DNA of 64,000 nucleotides from Acidobacteriota bacterium (GTDB lineage Bacteria > Acidobacteriota > Vicinamibacteria > Vicinamibacterales > UBA2999), in assembly GCA_016213695.1 (NCBI GenBank), contig JACQZV010000005.1, positions 9,775 to 73,774 on the forward strand, read 5' to 3'. Made by a program: the position numbers and the translations under genes. This document shows positions 25,501-34,221 of this stretch, piece after piece. The first letter of the stretch is position 1. Each line of letters starts with the position of its first letter. The notes beneath the pieces are model-generated. The model was not told the DNA's origin. It made no database searches and saw only the letters and a list, made by a program, of their open reading frames with translations.

Positions 25501-25598
25501 AATCGACGTACAGGACCGGGGCGAATAACCAGTGGAGGAACGCGATACAGGTGATGGGCGGACGCCTGTTCAAGTTCAGCGCGCAGTTGACGTTCTAG
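22542..25598 (+). CDS. TonB-dependent receptor with N-terminal carboxypeptidase-regulatory-like domain (TBDR1)
   Basis: Signal peptide ..LPALVSAQ. The CarboxypepD_reg-like segment is GVVRDASGAVLPGVTVEAASPALIEK..YRIVDLRPGVYSVTFTLPGFNTF. The protein is ~1000 aa of beta-rich sequence with a C-terminal aromatic OMP signature ..FKFSAQLTF. Confidence 0.85.
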   Translation: MASQTVARLVGVVVSCVLCLPALVSAQSETGNIAGVVRDASGAVLPGVTVEAASPALIEKVRVVVSNGEGLYRIVDLRPGVYSVTFTLPGFNTFVREGITLGTGFTATVNGEMKVGGVEETITVTGEAPLVDTQNVQQQVTLSRDLLDEIPTSRRPAQFITLIVGADGGANASTLHDVGGVGSDRAFFGVHGQRADDMTYNFGGMDSRVFSGGGFQYNAHTFEEVVVETAAGSAEATTGGVQVNIVPKDGGNMFSGTMSTEITGPSLQAENLNDKLRARGLTKAGAVRRYYDVGGGVGGPIKQDKLWFFSAARWEDRSLYQAGNYYNKLQGTVFYEPDLSRPAYNHDYSKDASIRLTWQAAAKHKIVGMYTHHPSCQCTFALLEQISPIFAPEAVAEHHYDGSGPGQLPQFLATGQYTFPATNRLLIEADWSQSAYHRNQARIPGVGYDAISVTDTGLNLRYGSRSTFYQILNDDRIHERAAVSYITGTHNFKAGVDLNQMRQGRKSYDDPFIVNHAISYTFRNQLPVSVSIYTGPYGPYQTATENGFYAQDQWTMRRLTMNLGLRYSVYDVLIPESHLPAGPYVPARDFPEVKHSPRWENLSPRVGAAYDLFGTGKTALKVALGRYPARNTGVGVNLPVSNQPTSTTMAWNDANGNFVPDCVLTNPLANGECGAWSDRTFGQIRQGNTRYADDARGGYNLENYNWQGNVSVQHQLASNLGLTVAYFRTWYGGFQVLDNERVTPADFDPFCITAPVDSRLPGSVSGKQFCGNYDVNPSKFGQNSFLRTQASHYGNMSEVFDGVDLTVAARFGRGGQVQGGMATGRTVTDNCGLVVDSPSTVTAGTPAGAALALPVADMRPGFCNVSRPWSSSTQVKFSVVYPLPWGLQASSIYQNIPGVPIRASYVATDAEIRPSLGRHLAACPSQTAATCNQTVTIDLIPPFSLYGDRIQQVDLRLTRNFPLGARRLQGNFDVYNVLNANTVQNEQSTYRTGANNQWRNAIQVMGGRLFKFSAQLTF

Positions 25599-25694
25599 GT
25601 GAATCGGCGGGTCCGGTTCGCCGGACCCGCTCGACGTGACGCAGGCCGGATTCCGCGGCGCAGATGTCGATGCGCCGCGGACCCGGCGAGCTCC

Positions 25695-26792
25695 ATGGAG
25701 AAGACAATGCGGAATCGGAGAGATTTTCTGAAGCAGGTAGCGGGCGCCACGGCGGGTGTCGCTGTGGCCGGCGGCGGTCTCGCCGGCGCCTTTCAGGCAC
25801 CCGCGGCGCGGCGTCGCGCCATGATCGCCGGCCGGCGCATCACGGTCATCGACATCCACGCCCACCATTTCATCCCGGAGGTTGCCGACCTCGTCAGGGG
25901 CACGAAGCTCGAGGCGGAGTTCAAGGGCCAGGCCGGGAACAAACAGCGTTACCTCGGGCCCGGCTGGTTCCAGTACATGGACAAAGAGGGCATCGACATC
26001 TCTGTCCTCAACATGAACCCGTGGTGGTACGCGGCCGACCGCGACCTGGCCCGCCGGATCTGCGATTTCCAGAACGAGAAGACGGCGGAGTGGGTGAAGC
26101 GCTATCCGGATCGCTTCGTGGGCATGGCGACGTGCGCCCTGCAGTTCCCGGACCTGGCCGCCGAGCAGCTGGAGTTCGGCGTCAGGAAGCTCGGCTTCCG
26201 CGGCGCGCCAATCGGCGGCAGCGTCGAAGGCGTGGAACTCTCGGATCGGAGATTCGATCCGTTCTGGGCCAAGGCGCAGGAGCTCGGCGTGGTGCTGTTC
26301 ATGCACCCGCAGCAGGCGCCTGGCACGACCGACAACGCGCGGCTCGAGGGGAAGGGAGCGCTCGGCAACACGATCGGCAATCCTCTCGAGACGACGGTCT
26401 TCCTCTCGCACCTGATTTTCGAGGGGACGCTCGATCGCTTCCCGGGGCTGAAGATCTGCGCCGCCCACGCCGGCGGGTACCTCCCGTCCTATCTCGGGCG
26501 GTCCGACGTCCGGTGCGGGCGAGGCAAAGCGGACTGTACGAAGCTGACGCCGAGCGAGTACTTCCGGAATCAGCTCTACATCGATTCGATGATCTTCCAC
26601 GAAGAAGGGTTGCGGCACCTGGTGGCGGAGGTCGGCGTCGATCACATCGTGTACGGCACCGATTTTCCTTTCGACTGGCCGGTGGGAATCGATTTCATCC
26701 TGAACGCGTCGTTCCTGACCAACGCGCAGAAGGAACAGATCCTCGGCGGGAACCTGATCAAGCTGCTGGGAGTGAAACCGGTCGCGTCCTGA
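25695..26792 (+). CDS. Tat-signal amidohydrolase-2 (ACMSD/COG2159-type) family protein
   Basis: Twin-arginine leader MEKTMRNRRDFLKQVAGATAGVAVAGG. Metal-ligand motifs are VIDIHAHHF, NPLETT, AAHAGGY and GTDFPFD. Confidence 0.8.
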   Translation: MEKTMRNRRDFLKQVAGATAGVAVAGGGLAGAFQAPAARRRAMIAGRRITVIDIHAHHFIPEVADLVRGTKLEAEFKGQAGNKQRYLGPGWFQYMDKEGIDISVLNMNPWWYAADRDLARRICDFQNEKTAEWVKRYPDRFVGMATCALQFPDLAAEQLEFGVRKLGFRGAPIGGSVEGVELSDRRFDPFWAKAQELGVVLFMHPQQAPGTTDNARLEGKGALGNTIGNPLETTVFLSHLIFEGTLDRFPGLKICAAHAGGYLPSYLGRSDVRCGRGKADCTKLTPSEYFRNQLYIDSMIFHEEGLRHLVAEVGVDHIVYGTDFPFDWPVGIDFILNASFLTNAQKEQILGGNLIKLLGVKPVAS

Positions 26793-26802
26793 GGGGCCTG
26801 AC

Positions 26803-26830
26803 TACTGCCGACTGCCTACTGCCGACTGTA
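26803..26830. repeat. Tandem heptanucleotide array (NACTGCC, 4 units)
   Basis: TACTGCC GACTGCC TACTGCC GACTGTA lies at the convergent junction of 25695-26792 (+) and 26816-27301 (-), overlapping the last codons of the minus-strand gene. Confidence 0.8.
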
Positions 26831-27301
26831 TGTGAGGGTAGCGTTCGTGGAGGGCCCGGGCTGCTCGGTGGCGCGCACGATTGTCATCGTGCCGCCGTTC
26901 AGGCTCATGATGTCGCGCATCTGGTTCAGAGCCGTGTTCCAGGTGTAGAGCACCAGCTTGGCGCCATCCCAGCTTGCCTTGGTCCTCCACTTCACGATCG
27001 CCGTGTTGCCCGACTGGCTGCTCGACGGCGCGTCCCAGATCGTGTCGCTGCCGTCGAGCTTGTAGACGACCTTCATCGGCATGGCGCCGAACTGGCCGCT
27101 GTCGATGGTGAGTTCGGCCGCTGTCTGCGTCACGACCATGGTGGGCGAGGGCACACCCCATCCGTTCGATCCGGGATAGCCCGCCGGGGCGCTCGTCGAG
27201 AATGTCCAGGTGCCGGCAAAGCTCGGCCTGGCCTGCGCCGACAGGATGGGTGGCGCGACGAGCGTCGCCGCCAGGAACAACAAACCGATTCGGGTCGTCA
27301 T
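26816..27301 (-). CDS. Small secreted hypothetical protein (beta-rich, lipocalin-like guess)
   Basis: ATG at 27301 gives signal peptide MTTRIGLLFLAATLVAPPILSAQA. The mature part begins FAGTWTF and is Ser/Thr/Gly-rich and beta-like. No family recognised. Confidence 0.5.
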   Translation of the reverse strand: MTTRIGLLFLAATLVAPPILSAQARPSFAGTWTFSTSAPAGYPGSNGWGVPSPTMVVTQTAAELTIDSGQFGAMPMKVVYKLDGSDTIWDAPSSSQSGNTAIVKWRTKASWDGAKLVLYTWNTALNQMRDIMSLNGGTMTIVRATEQPGPSTNATLTYSRQ

Positions 27302-27378
27302 AACGCTCCTCAGCCGCGCGGGTTCGATCCGCGCGCTACACGCGCATGCAGCGGGCACGCTTCAGCGTGCGCGCGCGG

Positions 27379-28548
27379 TCAATTGCTCGTCGCGCCGGCC
27401 ATCGGCATCAGCGAGCGGCCGCGGACCAGATGCGTCGGGTCGGCGCCCGGCCGCGGCCGGTACTTCTGCGTCCGGCCTCCGAACACTTCAGCGATGAAGA
27501 GGTTCCCCTCCTGGTCGGCGGAGATCTGGTGCATCGCCCAGGTGTACCCGGGCCGCGTGCCGAACTGGCCGAACGAGAACTCGACGTGCCCGGCGAGGTC
27601 GAACTTGACGATGCGATCGCTGATGCTGTCGACGGCCCACACATGTTCGTCGGCGCTCATCAGCATGCTGTGCGGCGCGATGCCGGGCCACTCCTCCAGG
27701 AACTTGCCGTTCGTGTCGAATACCTGAATGCGGCGGTTGCCCCGGTCCGACACGAAGACGCGCGCCGGCGAGCCGCCGACCGCGATGCCGTGCGGTGTGT
27801 TGAACTGGCCCGGGCCCGTCCCGCGCGTGCCCCACTTGAGCAGCGGCTTGCCGTCCTTGTTGAACTTCACGACGCGCGTGTTGCCGTAGCCGTCGGCGAC
27901 GAAGAACGTGCCGTCGGGGAGCCAGTCGATCATGGTCGGGCGGCGCAACCGCGTCAGGTCCTCGTTGTCGCCGAACTCGTCCAGGACGCCGAGCGTCTGC
28001 ACCAGACGCTTGCCGTCGTGGGTGAACTTGTAGATGACGTGGCGCATGTCGTCGACCACCCAGACGTGGCGTTCGGGGTCGTACGGGCTGATGTAGACCT
28101 GGTGCGGGCCGCGGCCCCAGTCGAAGAGCTTGTCCCACTGGTTCCAGGTCTCGATCAGCCGGCCGTTGCCGTCAACGACGACGATGCAGTTGACCATGTT
28201 GGCGATCGGTACGGTCGCCGCCTGCTGGTTGAAGAAGCCCCAGTTGCCGGGGAAATTGGGCGGGACGCGGTCCGGCAGCTTCAGCTCGCCGCGGTTGGCG
28301 AGGTAGATGCGGTTGGGCGATTCGGCGAAGACACCCCCCTGCGAGCCCCAGATGTAGCCTGGCTTCGGGTACGGATGGGCCCATTCGGGCCACTTCGGGT
28401 CGGGCACTTCGTACGGGCCGGTGATCTCGCCGACGCCGCCCTTGGCGGGGTCGCTGCCGCTCTGCGCGAGCGGCGCGGCGGCCGGCGGCGCGCCGTACGC
28501 GCACAGCAACGCGAAGGCCGCGAGCACCGAAAGGGACAACCTGTGCAT
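27379..28548 (-). CDS. NHL-repeat six-bladed beta-propeller protein (paralog of 21139-22401)
   Basis: It shares GPYE.P...WP, RGELKLP, RGPHQVYISPYDPERHVWVVDD, IDWLPDGTFFVADGYGNTRVVKFNKDGK and GNLFIAEVFGGRTQKYRPRP with the plus-strand NHL gene. Confidence 0.75.
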   Translation of the reverse strand: MHRLSLSVLAAFALLCAYGAPPAAAPLAQSGSDPAKGGVGEITGPYEVPDPKWPEWAHPYPKPGYIWGSQGGVFAESPNRIYLANRGELKLPDRVPPNFPGNWGFFNQQAATVPIANMVNCIVVVDGNGRLIETWNQWDKLFDWGRGPHQVYISPYDPERHVWVVDDMRHVIYKFTHDGKRLVQTLGVLDEFGDNEDLTRLRRPTMIDWLPDGTFFVADGYGNTRVVKFNKDGKPLLKWGTRGTGPGQFNTPHGIAVGGSPARVFVSDRGNRRIQVFDTNGKFLEEWPGIAPHSMLMSADEHVWAVDSISDRIVKFDLAGHVEFSFGQFGTRPGYTWAMHQISADQEGNLFIAEVFGGRTQKYRPRPGADPTHLVRGRSLMPMAGATSN

Positions 28549-28655
28549 CTCGACTCCTTTTCGACTCGGGAAGGTGGCGCAGTGTAACTGGTTGCTATCC
28601 GGTGCGCAACCAAGGCTAGAATTGGCAGCTTGATACGGCGAACCCGGAGGCGACT

Positions 28656-30095
28656 ATGAGGAAGAGCCTGTCGTTGGTACTGCTCGGTGCGGCGCTTCTG
28701 GCGCTCGACGTCCGGGCGCAGGACGCGAAGGGCGTGCTCGATGCCGCCGCACAGGCGATGGGCACCGCCGGCCTGCATTCTGTTCAGTACTCGGGGACCG
28801 GGTCGGTGTTCATGCTGGGGCAGAACTTCAGGCCGGATGCGCCGTGGCCGCGGTTCAAGGTGGTGAAGTACGCCAACGCGGTGAACTACGACACGCCGGC
28901 GCTGCGTGAGGAACTGGTGCGTGTTGACGACGAGAATCCGGCCCGGGGCGGAGGCGCCGGCGGGTTCAATCCAGCGACCGGTCAGGGCGGCATGCGGCCG
29001 ATCCTCGGCGAGCAGACGCAGGTGCGGCAGGCGACGACAAGAACCGACCTCGGCACGCTGCAGATCTGGATGACGCCGCATGGATTCCTGAAGGCCGCGG
29101 CCGCCAACAACGCCACGGCGAGCGCTGGCCGGCCCCGCACGATCTCGTTCAAGGCGCGGGGCAAGTACACGGTGACCGCGACGCTCAACGATCAGAATCT
29201 GGTCGAGCGTGTCGAGACGCGGGTCGACAACGCGATGCTGGGCGACATGCTGATCGAGGACGTCTATTCCGGGTACACGGCGTTCGGCGGCGTCCAGTTT
29301 CCGACCCACATCGTCGAGCGGCAGGGCGGCAATCCCACGCTGGACCTCACGGTCAGCAGCGTGCAGCCGAACGGCGCGCCCACCGTCGAGATTCGCGAAA
29401 ACGCCGGTGGCGGCGAAGGGGGTGGCGGCGGGGCGGCGCGGGCTGAGTCGAAGTCGATTGGCGAAGGCGCATGGGACGTCACGGCGGCGGGGCTCCATAG
29501 CGTGCTCGTGGAGTTCAGCGATCACCTCGTCGTGGTCGAAGCCTCCAGCAACGACGCGCGGTCGCAGGCAGTCATGGCGGAGGCGAAACGGCTCGTGCCG
29601 AACAAGCCGATCCGCTATCTCGTCAACACGCACGCACACTACGACCACTCTGGCGGCGTGCGGGCATTTGCCGCCGAGGGCGCGACGATCCTGACCTACG
29701 AACTGAACAAACCGTTCTTCGAACGGATCTTCAAGCTGCCGCACACAATCAATCCGGACAACCTCTCCCGGTCCAGCCGGACCCCGGTGGTCGAGGGCGT
29801 CGGCGAGAAATATGTGCTGACCGACGGCAGGCAGACGGTCGAGCTGCATCACATTCGAGGCAATCTCCACAACGAGGGGTTGCTGATGGTGTATTTGCCG
29901 CGGCAGAAGGTCGTGATCCAGTCAGACGCATTTCACCCGCGGCCCGGCGCCAAGCCGTATCCGACGCCGCCGCAATTCACGACGAACTTCTACGAGAACA
30001 TCCAGCGGCTGAAGCTCGACGTCGCGCAGGTGCTGCACATCCATGGCGGGATGGATCCGATCGCCGTGGTCGCGAGAGCGGCGGGAAAATCGTAG
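28656..30095 (+). CDS. Secreted MBL-fold hydrolase with N-terminal extra domain
   Basis: Signal peptide MRKSLSLVLLGAALLALDVRAQ and HxHxDH motif LVNTHAHYDHSGG in the C-terminal half. Confidence 0.75.
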   Translation: MRKSLSLVLLGAALLALDVRAQDAKGVLDAAAQAMGTAGLHSVQYSGTGSVFMLGQNFRPDAPWPRFKVVKYANAVNYDTPALREELVRVDDENPARGGGAGGFNPATGQGGMRPILGEQTQVRQATTRTDLGTLQIWMTPHGFLKAAAANNATASAGRPRTISFKARGKYTVTATLNDQNLVERVETRVDNAMLGDMLIEDVYSGYTAFGGVQFPTHIVERQGGNPTLDLTVSSVQPNGAPTVEIRENAGGGEGGGGGAARAESKSIGEGAWDVTAAGLHSVLVEFSDHLVVVEASSNDARSQAVMAEAKRLVPNKPIRYLVNTHAHYDHSGGVRAFAAEGATILTYELNKPFFERIFKLPHTINPDNLSRSSRTPVVEGVGEKYVLTDGRQTVELHHIRGNLHNEGLLMVYLPRQKVVIQSDAFHPRPGAKPYPTPPQFTTNFYENIQRLKLDVAQVLHIHGGMDPIAVVARAAGKS

Positions 30096-30104
30096 GACGT
30101 TACT

Positions 30105-30134
30105 TGACGGCTTGCTGAGGCGAGTGTTATAGAG
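30105..30134 (+). promoter_or_regulatory. Candidate sigma70-type promoter upstream of TBDR2
   Basis: TTGACG (30105-30110), an 18-nt spacer, then TATAGA (30129-30134) preceded by TG at 30126-30127, one position further upstream than a canonical TGn extended -10 (30127-30128 reads GT). The element is ~65 nt before ATG 30201. Confidence 0.3.
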
Positions 30135-30200
30135 CGCGTGCCACGGTGAGCTGACGGCGTTTATATCGGCGCTCCTCGGCTTTCATAAGGAGAGAAGCCC

Positions 30201-33200
30201 ATGGGAACCTCGCGCACCGCGTCGTGTGTGTTCGTTGCGTTTGTCGTCTGCTTCCTGTTCGCGCCGGCTGCCGCGCGGGCGCAGGTCGCGGACTCCGCGT
30301 CGATTGCCGGAGTGGTGCGTGACGCCTCGGGCGGCGTCCTGCCGGGCGTCACCGTGGAAGCCGCCAGCCCCGCGCTCATCGACAAGGTCCGGACGGCCGT
30401 CAGCGACGGCCAGGGATTGTTCCGGATTGTCGACCTTCGTCCCGGCGTGTACTCGGTGACGTTCACGCTGCCAGGATTCAGCACATTGAAGCGTGACGGC
30501 CTGGAGCTGACCACCGGATTCACCGCAAACATCAACGCTGAACTGCGCGTCGGGACCGTCGAGGAGACGGTCACGGTGACGGGCGAGTCGCCGGTGGTCG
30601 ACATCTCGAACGTGCGCCAGCAGACGACGCTCGAGCGGCAGACGCTCGATGCGCTGCCGACAACCGGCCGGCTTGCGATGTACGCGCAGATCATCCCAGG
30701 TGCCACGTACGGGAGTGCCGTCTGGCAGAGTGTCGGAGGGCTCGACGAGCGCGGCAATCAGTTCGGGATTCACGGGAGCCGTTCCGACGACAACGCGCCC
30801 GTCATGGACGGGATCGTGCAGCGGCTGCAGGGCGGCGCGATTTTTGTCTTCAACAACCTGACGTTCCAGGAAGTCGTGGTCGAGACGGGCGGCCTCTCGG
30901 CGGAGCGCGGCACCGGCGGCGTGCAGATGAACATCATCCCGAAAGACGGCGGCAACACGTTTTCGGGCAGCTTCAGCACCTCGCACAGCAGTCCCAGCCT
31001 GCAGGCCAGTAACTTGACCGACGATCTCCAGGCGCGCGGGCTCCGTTTTGCATCGTCGCTCAAGCAGCACTACGACACGGGCGGCGCCATCGGCGGCCCG
31101 ATCCTGCGCGACAAGCTGTGGTTCTACAACGCCTACCGGTTCGGCGGGAATCAGCAGTACCAGCAGGGGAACTACTTCAACAAGCTCCAGGGCGTGAACG
31201 TCAGCACGGACCCCGTCTACAAGGTGACGTTCTACGAGCCGGATCTGAATCGCCCGGGATACACCGATGACTTCTACCGGGACTTCAGCCTGCGCCTGAC
31301 GTGGCAGGCTGCGAGCAAGCACAAGATCGTCGCGTCGTACCAGGTGCAGCCGAACTGCAGCTGCTTCTGGCCGCTGCTCGAACTCGGGCCGCAGCAGGGT
31401 GTCCAGGGAACCCCGGAAGCGGTGGGAGCGCACAACTACAAGGTCAACTACCTGCCGCTCGTGTCCTGGACGTTCCCCGCGACCGACCGGATGCTCTTCG
31501 AGGCCGGCGCATCGGCCAACGTCTTCGACAACAACACGCTGCGGACCGACGCGAGCGTGGGGCTGGACACGATTGCCATCACGGAGCTCTCGGGGAACTT
31601 CCGGTACGGCTCCCGTGCGCTGGGGCTGACCCACGCCCAGGGCTACCGCGTGCAGCACAACCGGCAGTACCGGCAGCGGGCCTCGATGTCCTACATCACC
31701 GGGTCGCACGCCTTCAAGGTAGGAGGCGACTTCAACGAGTATTCCGAAGGGGAGCCGGGCAAGGCGAACGACTGGAACCAGATCAACGGGGCCCGCTCGT
31801 ATGCGTTCCGGGACCGCATCCCGCAGCAGGTGACGATCTATGCCGTCCCGTTCGAGGCCCTGTGGCGTGCGCGGGACATGGCGGCCTACGCCCAGGACCA
31901 GTGGACCGTCCGGAAGTTGACGTTGAACCTGGGTGTCCGGTTCAACGGCTTCAACGGCAACGCTCCGGCGACGCAGATGCCGGAAGGCCCGTTCGTGCCG
32001 GCGCGCAGCTTCCCCGCAGTGCACGACTCGCCAAACTGGTTCAACCTCAATCCGCGACTGGGCGCCGCATACGACCTCTTCGGCAACGGCAAGACCGCCG
32101 TGAAGGTGTCGCTCGGCCGCTACAGCCGGTACCAGCCCAACATCAACGCCGTCGACCCGCCGGCCAACAACCAGGCGCCCAGCACGGCGCGCACGTGGAC
32201 GGATGGGAACAGGAACTACGTGCCCGATTGCGATCTCCGGAATCCGGTCGCGAACGGCGAGTGCGGACCATGGTCGAATCTCAACTTCGGCCGTGTCGTC
32301 GGCGGCAACCGGCGTCGTGCCGAGGACGCGCGCGAGGGATTGAACGGCCAGGAGTACAGCTGGCAGGCGTCAGCCGCCGTACAGCACGAGCTCAGCTCGA
32401 ACGTCGCGCTGAACGTCGGCTACTTCCGCACCTGGTACGGCGGGCTGCTGGCCACGGACAACCAGGCGATCACGGCTGCCGACTACGATCCGTTCTGCGT
32501 CACGGTCCCGAGTGACCGCCGGCTGCCCGGCGGCGGCGGGGGCCAGCTCTGCGGCTTGTTCGACATCAAGCCGACGGCCTTCGGACGCGTCGATAATGTC
32601 GTCACGCAGTCGTCCAATTACGGCAACCAGACCGAGGTCTACAACGGCGTCGACGTGACGCTGCAGGCGCGGTTCGGCACCGGCGGGCAGGTGGGCGGCG
32701 GTGTCAGCACCGGCCGGACGATCAGCGACACGTGCGCGCTCAATGCGCTCCCACAGGTGGGGGTGAACACGCTCTTCGGCGTCGACGTGGCGGCCACGGC
32801 GCCCATCGTGCCGCGGACGAGTGAGTTCTGCAGGGGCGAGCGGCCGGCGACGCAGTTCAAGATGCTGGTCGTGTATCCGCTGCCGTGGGACTTCCAGGTG
32901 AGCGCGACCTATCAGAACATTCCCGGCATCCCGGTCACGGCGAGCCGGGTGTTCACCAACGCGGAGATTCGGCCCTCGCTCGGCCGCGATCTGGGGCAGT
33001 GCCGCGGCGCGGCGACCTGCACCGCCAACGCGGTGATCGAGATGATTCCGACGGGGGCGCAGTTCGAGGATCGCCTCCAGCAGATCGACCTGCGGGTGAC
33101 ACGGTCGTTCCGCGTGGCGCAGGCGCGGATTCGGGGCAACGCCGACTTCTACAACCTCCTGAATGCGGGCGATGTCCTGAATATGACCACGCGGTACGCG

Positions 33201-33284
33201 GGGGCGACCGGTGGCCAGTGGCTGCAGCCGATTCAGATCCTGGGCGGGCGGATGTTCAAGTTCAGCGCGCAGCTGGACTTCTAG
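30201..33284 (+). CDS. TonB-dependent receptor with carboxypeptidase-regulatory-like domain (TBDR2)
   Basis: Same architecture as TBDR1, with a near-identical N-terminal block GVVRDASGGVLPGVTVEAASPALIDK..FRIVDLRPGVYSVTFTLPGFSTL. It ends ..FKFSAQLDF. Confidence 0.85.
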   Translation: MGTSRTASCVFVAFVVCFLFAPAAARAQVADSASIAGVVRDASGGVLPGVTVEAASPALIDKVRTAVSDGQGLFRIVDLRPGVYSVTFTLPGFSTLKRDGLELTTGFTANINAELRVGTVEETVTVTGESPVVDISNVRQQTTLERQTLDALPTTGRLAMYAQIIPGATYGSAVWQSVGGLDERGNQFGIHGSRSDDNAPVMDGIVQRLQGGAIFVFNNLTFQEVVVETGGLSAERGTGGVQMNIIPKDGGNTFSGSFSTSHSSPSLQASNLTDDLQARGLRFASSLKQHYDTGGAIGGPILRDKLWFYNAYRFGGNQQYQQGNYFNKLQGVNVSTDPVYKVTFYEPDLNRPGYTDDFYRDFSLRLTWQAASKHKIVASYQVQPNCSCFWPLLELGPQQGVQGTPEAVGAHNYKVNYLPLVSWTFPATDRMLFEAGASANVFDNNTLRTDASVGLDTIAITELSGNFRYGSRALGLTHAQGYRVQHNRQYRQRASMSYITGSHAFKVGGDFNEYSEGEPGKANDWNQINGARSYAFRDRIPQQVTIYAVPFEALWRARDMAAYAQDQWTVRKLTLNLGVRFNGFNGNAPATQMPEGPFVPARSFPAVHDSPNWFNLNPRLGAAYDLFGNGKTAVKVSLGRYSRYQPNINAVDPPANNQAPSTARTWTDGNRNYVPDCDLRNPVANGECGPWSNLNFGRVVGGNRRRAEDAREGLNGQEYSWQASAAVQHELSSNVALNVGYFRTWYGGLLATDNQAITAADYDPFCVTVPSDRRLPGGGGGQLCGLFDIKPTAFGRVDNVVTQSSNYGNQTEVYNGVDVTLQARFGTGGQVGGGVSTGRTISDTCALNALPQVGVNTLFGVDVAATAPIVPRTSEFCRGERPATQFKMLVVYPLPWDFQVSATYQNIPGIPVTASRVFTNAEIRPSLGRDLGQCRGAATCTANAVIEMIPTGAQFEDRLQQIDLRVTRSFRVAQARIRGNADFYNLLNAGDVLNMTTRYAGATGGQWLQPIQILGGRMFKFSAQLDF

Positions 33285-33298
33285 GAAGGGAACGCGTG

Positions 33299-34201
33299 AT
33301 GCGGAAGCGGATCGAAGGGCTCGTGGTGGGCGCGGCGGTGACAACGGTCGCCGCCGCGTTCCTGTGGATTGCCGCGAGGCCAACCGCAGGTCAGGCGCCA
33401 GGGGGCGGTGTGCCGTCCCCCGGCGAGTGGCCGCGTTTCGCCGTGCCGCGGCTGGTGGATGGTCATCCCAACCTCAACGGGATCTGGCAGGCGATGGTGA
33501 CGGCCAACTACAACCTCGAAGATCATGAGGCACAGGCCGGTCCCTATACCGAGCTGGTGGGCGCCTACGGCGGTGAGCCGGCGGGCCAGAGCATCGTCGA
33601 GGGAGGCACGATCCCCTATAGACCCGAGGCGGTCGCCAGGCGCCGGCAGAACTTCGAGAACCGCATGAAGGCCGACCTCAGCAATGACGAGCGCTGGCAC
33701 GACCTCGGCGACCCGGAAATGAAGTGCTACATGCCTGGCGTGCCGCGTGCGACCTACATGCGGCACCCGCTTCAGATCGTGCAGGGCACGAGCGACGCGG
33801 TGTTGTTTTCGTACGAATTCACCGGCGCGACGCGGATCGTCAGGATGAATTGGAAAGAGGAGAGTCCTGGCGATTTCTGGATGGGCTGGTCGCGCGGCCG
33901 CTGGGAGGGGGACGCCTTCGTGGTCGATGTCACGGGGCAGCGCAAGGAAACATGGTTCGACCGGTCGGGGAACTACCATAGTGATGCGCTGCACGTCGTT
34001 GAGCGCTACACTCTTGTTGGGCCCTATCACATGATGTACGAGGCCACTATCGAGGATCCAAACGTTTATACCCGGCCATGGAAGATCAGCTTTCCGCTGT
34101 ATCGCCGGATGGAGAAGAACGTTCAACTGCTCGAATTCAAGTGTCAGCCCTTTACGGAAGAGCTGCTCTACGGGCGGTTCAAGAAGCAGGGTGCCAATTG
34201 A
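33299..34201 (+). CDS. Exported protein, family A (copy A2)
   Basis: Motifs DGHPNLNGIWQ, GDPEMKCYMPGVPR, GWSRGRWEGDAFVVDVTG, HVVERYT, EDPNVYTRPWKISFPLYRR and EFKCQPF. It starts 14 nt after the TBDR2 stop. Confidence 0.75.
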   Translation: MRKRIEGLVVGAAVTTVAAAFLWIAARPTAGQAPGGGVPSPGEWPRFAVPRLVDGHPNLNGIWQAMVTANYNLEDHEAQAGPYTELVGAYGGEPAGQSIVEGGTIPYRPEAVARRRQNFENRMKADLSNDERWHDLGDPEMKCYMPGVPRATYMRHPLQIVQGTSDAVLFSYEFTGATRIVRMNWKEESPGDFWMGWSRGRWEGDAFVVDVTGQRKETWFDRSGNYHSDALHVVERYTLVGPYHMMYEATIEDPNVYTRPWKISFPLYRRMEKNVQLLEFKCQPFTEELLYGRFKKQGAN

Positions 34202-34221
34202 CGGCCGAACGGAGGTGTCGG

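Noticed and set aside
25664-27727. A 687-aa plus-strand ORF spanning the amidohydrolase, the small secreted protein and part of the NHL gene.
   Set aside because: It uses an alternative frame of the amidohydrolase and is antisense to two minus-strand genes. The product is Arg/Pro/Gly-rich with no domain-like features.
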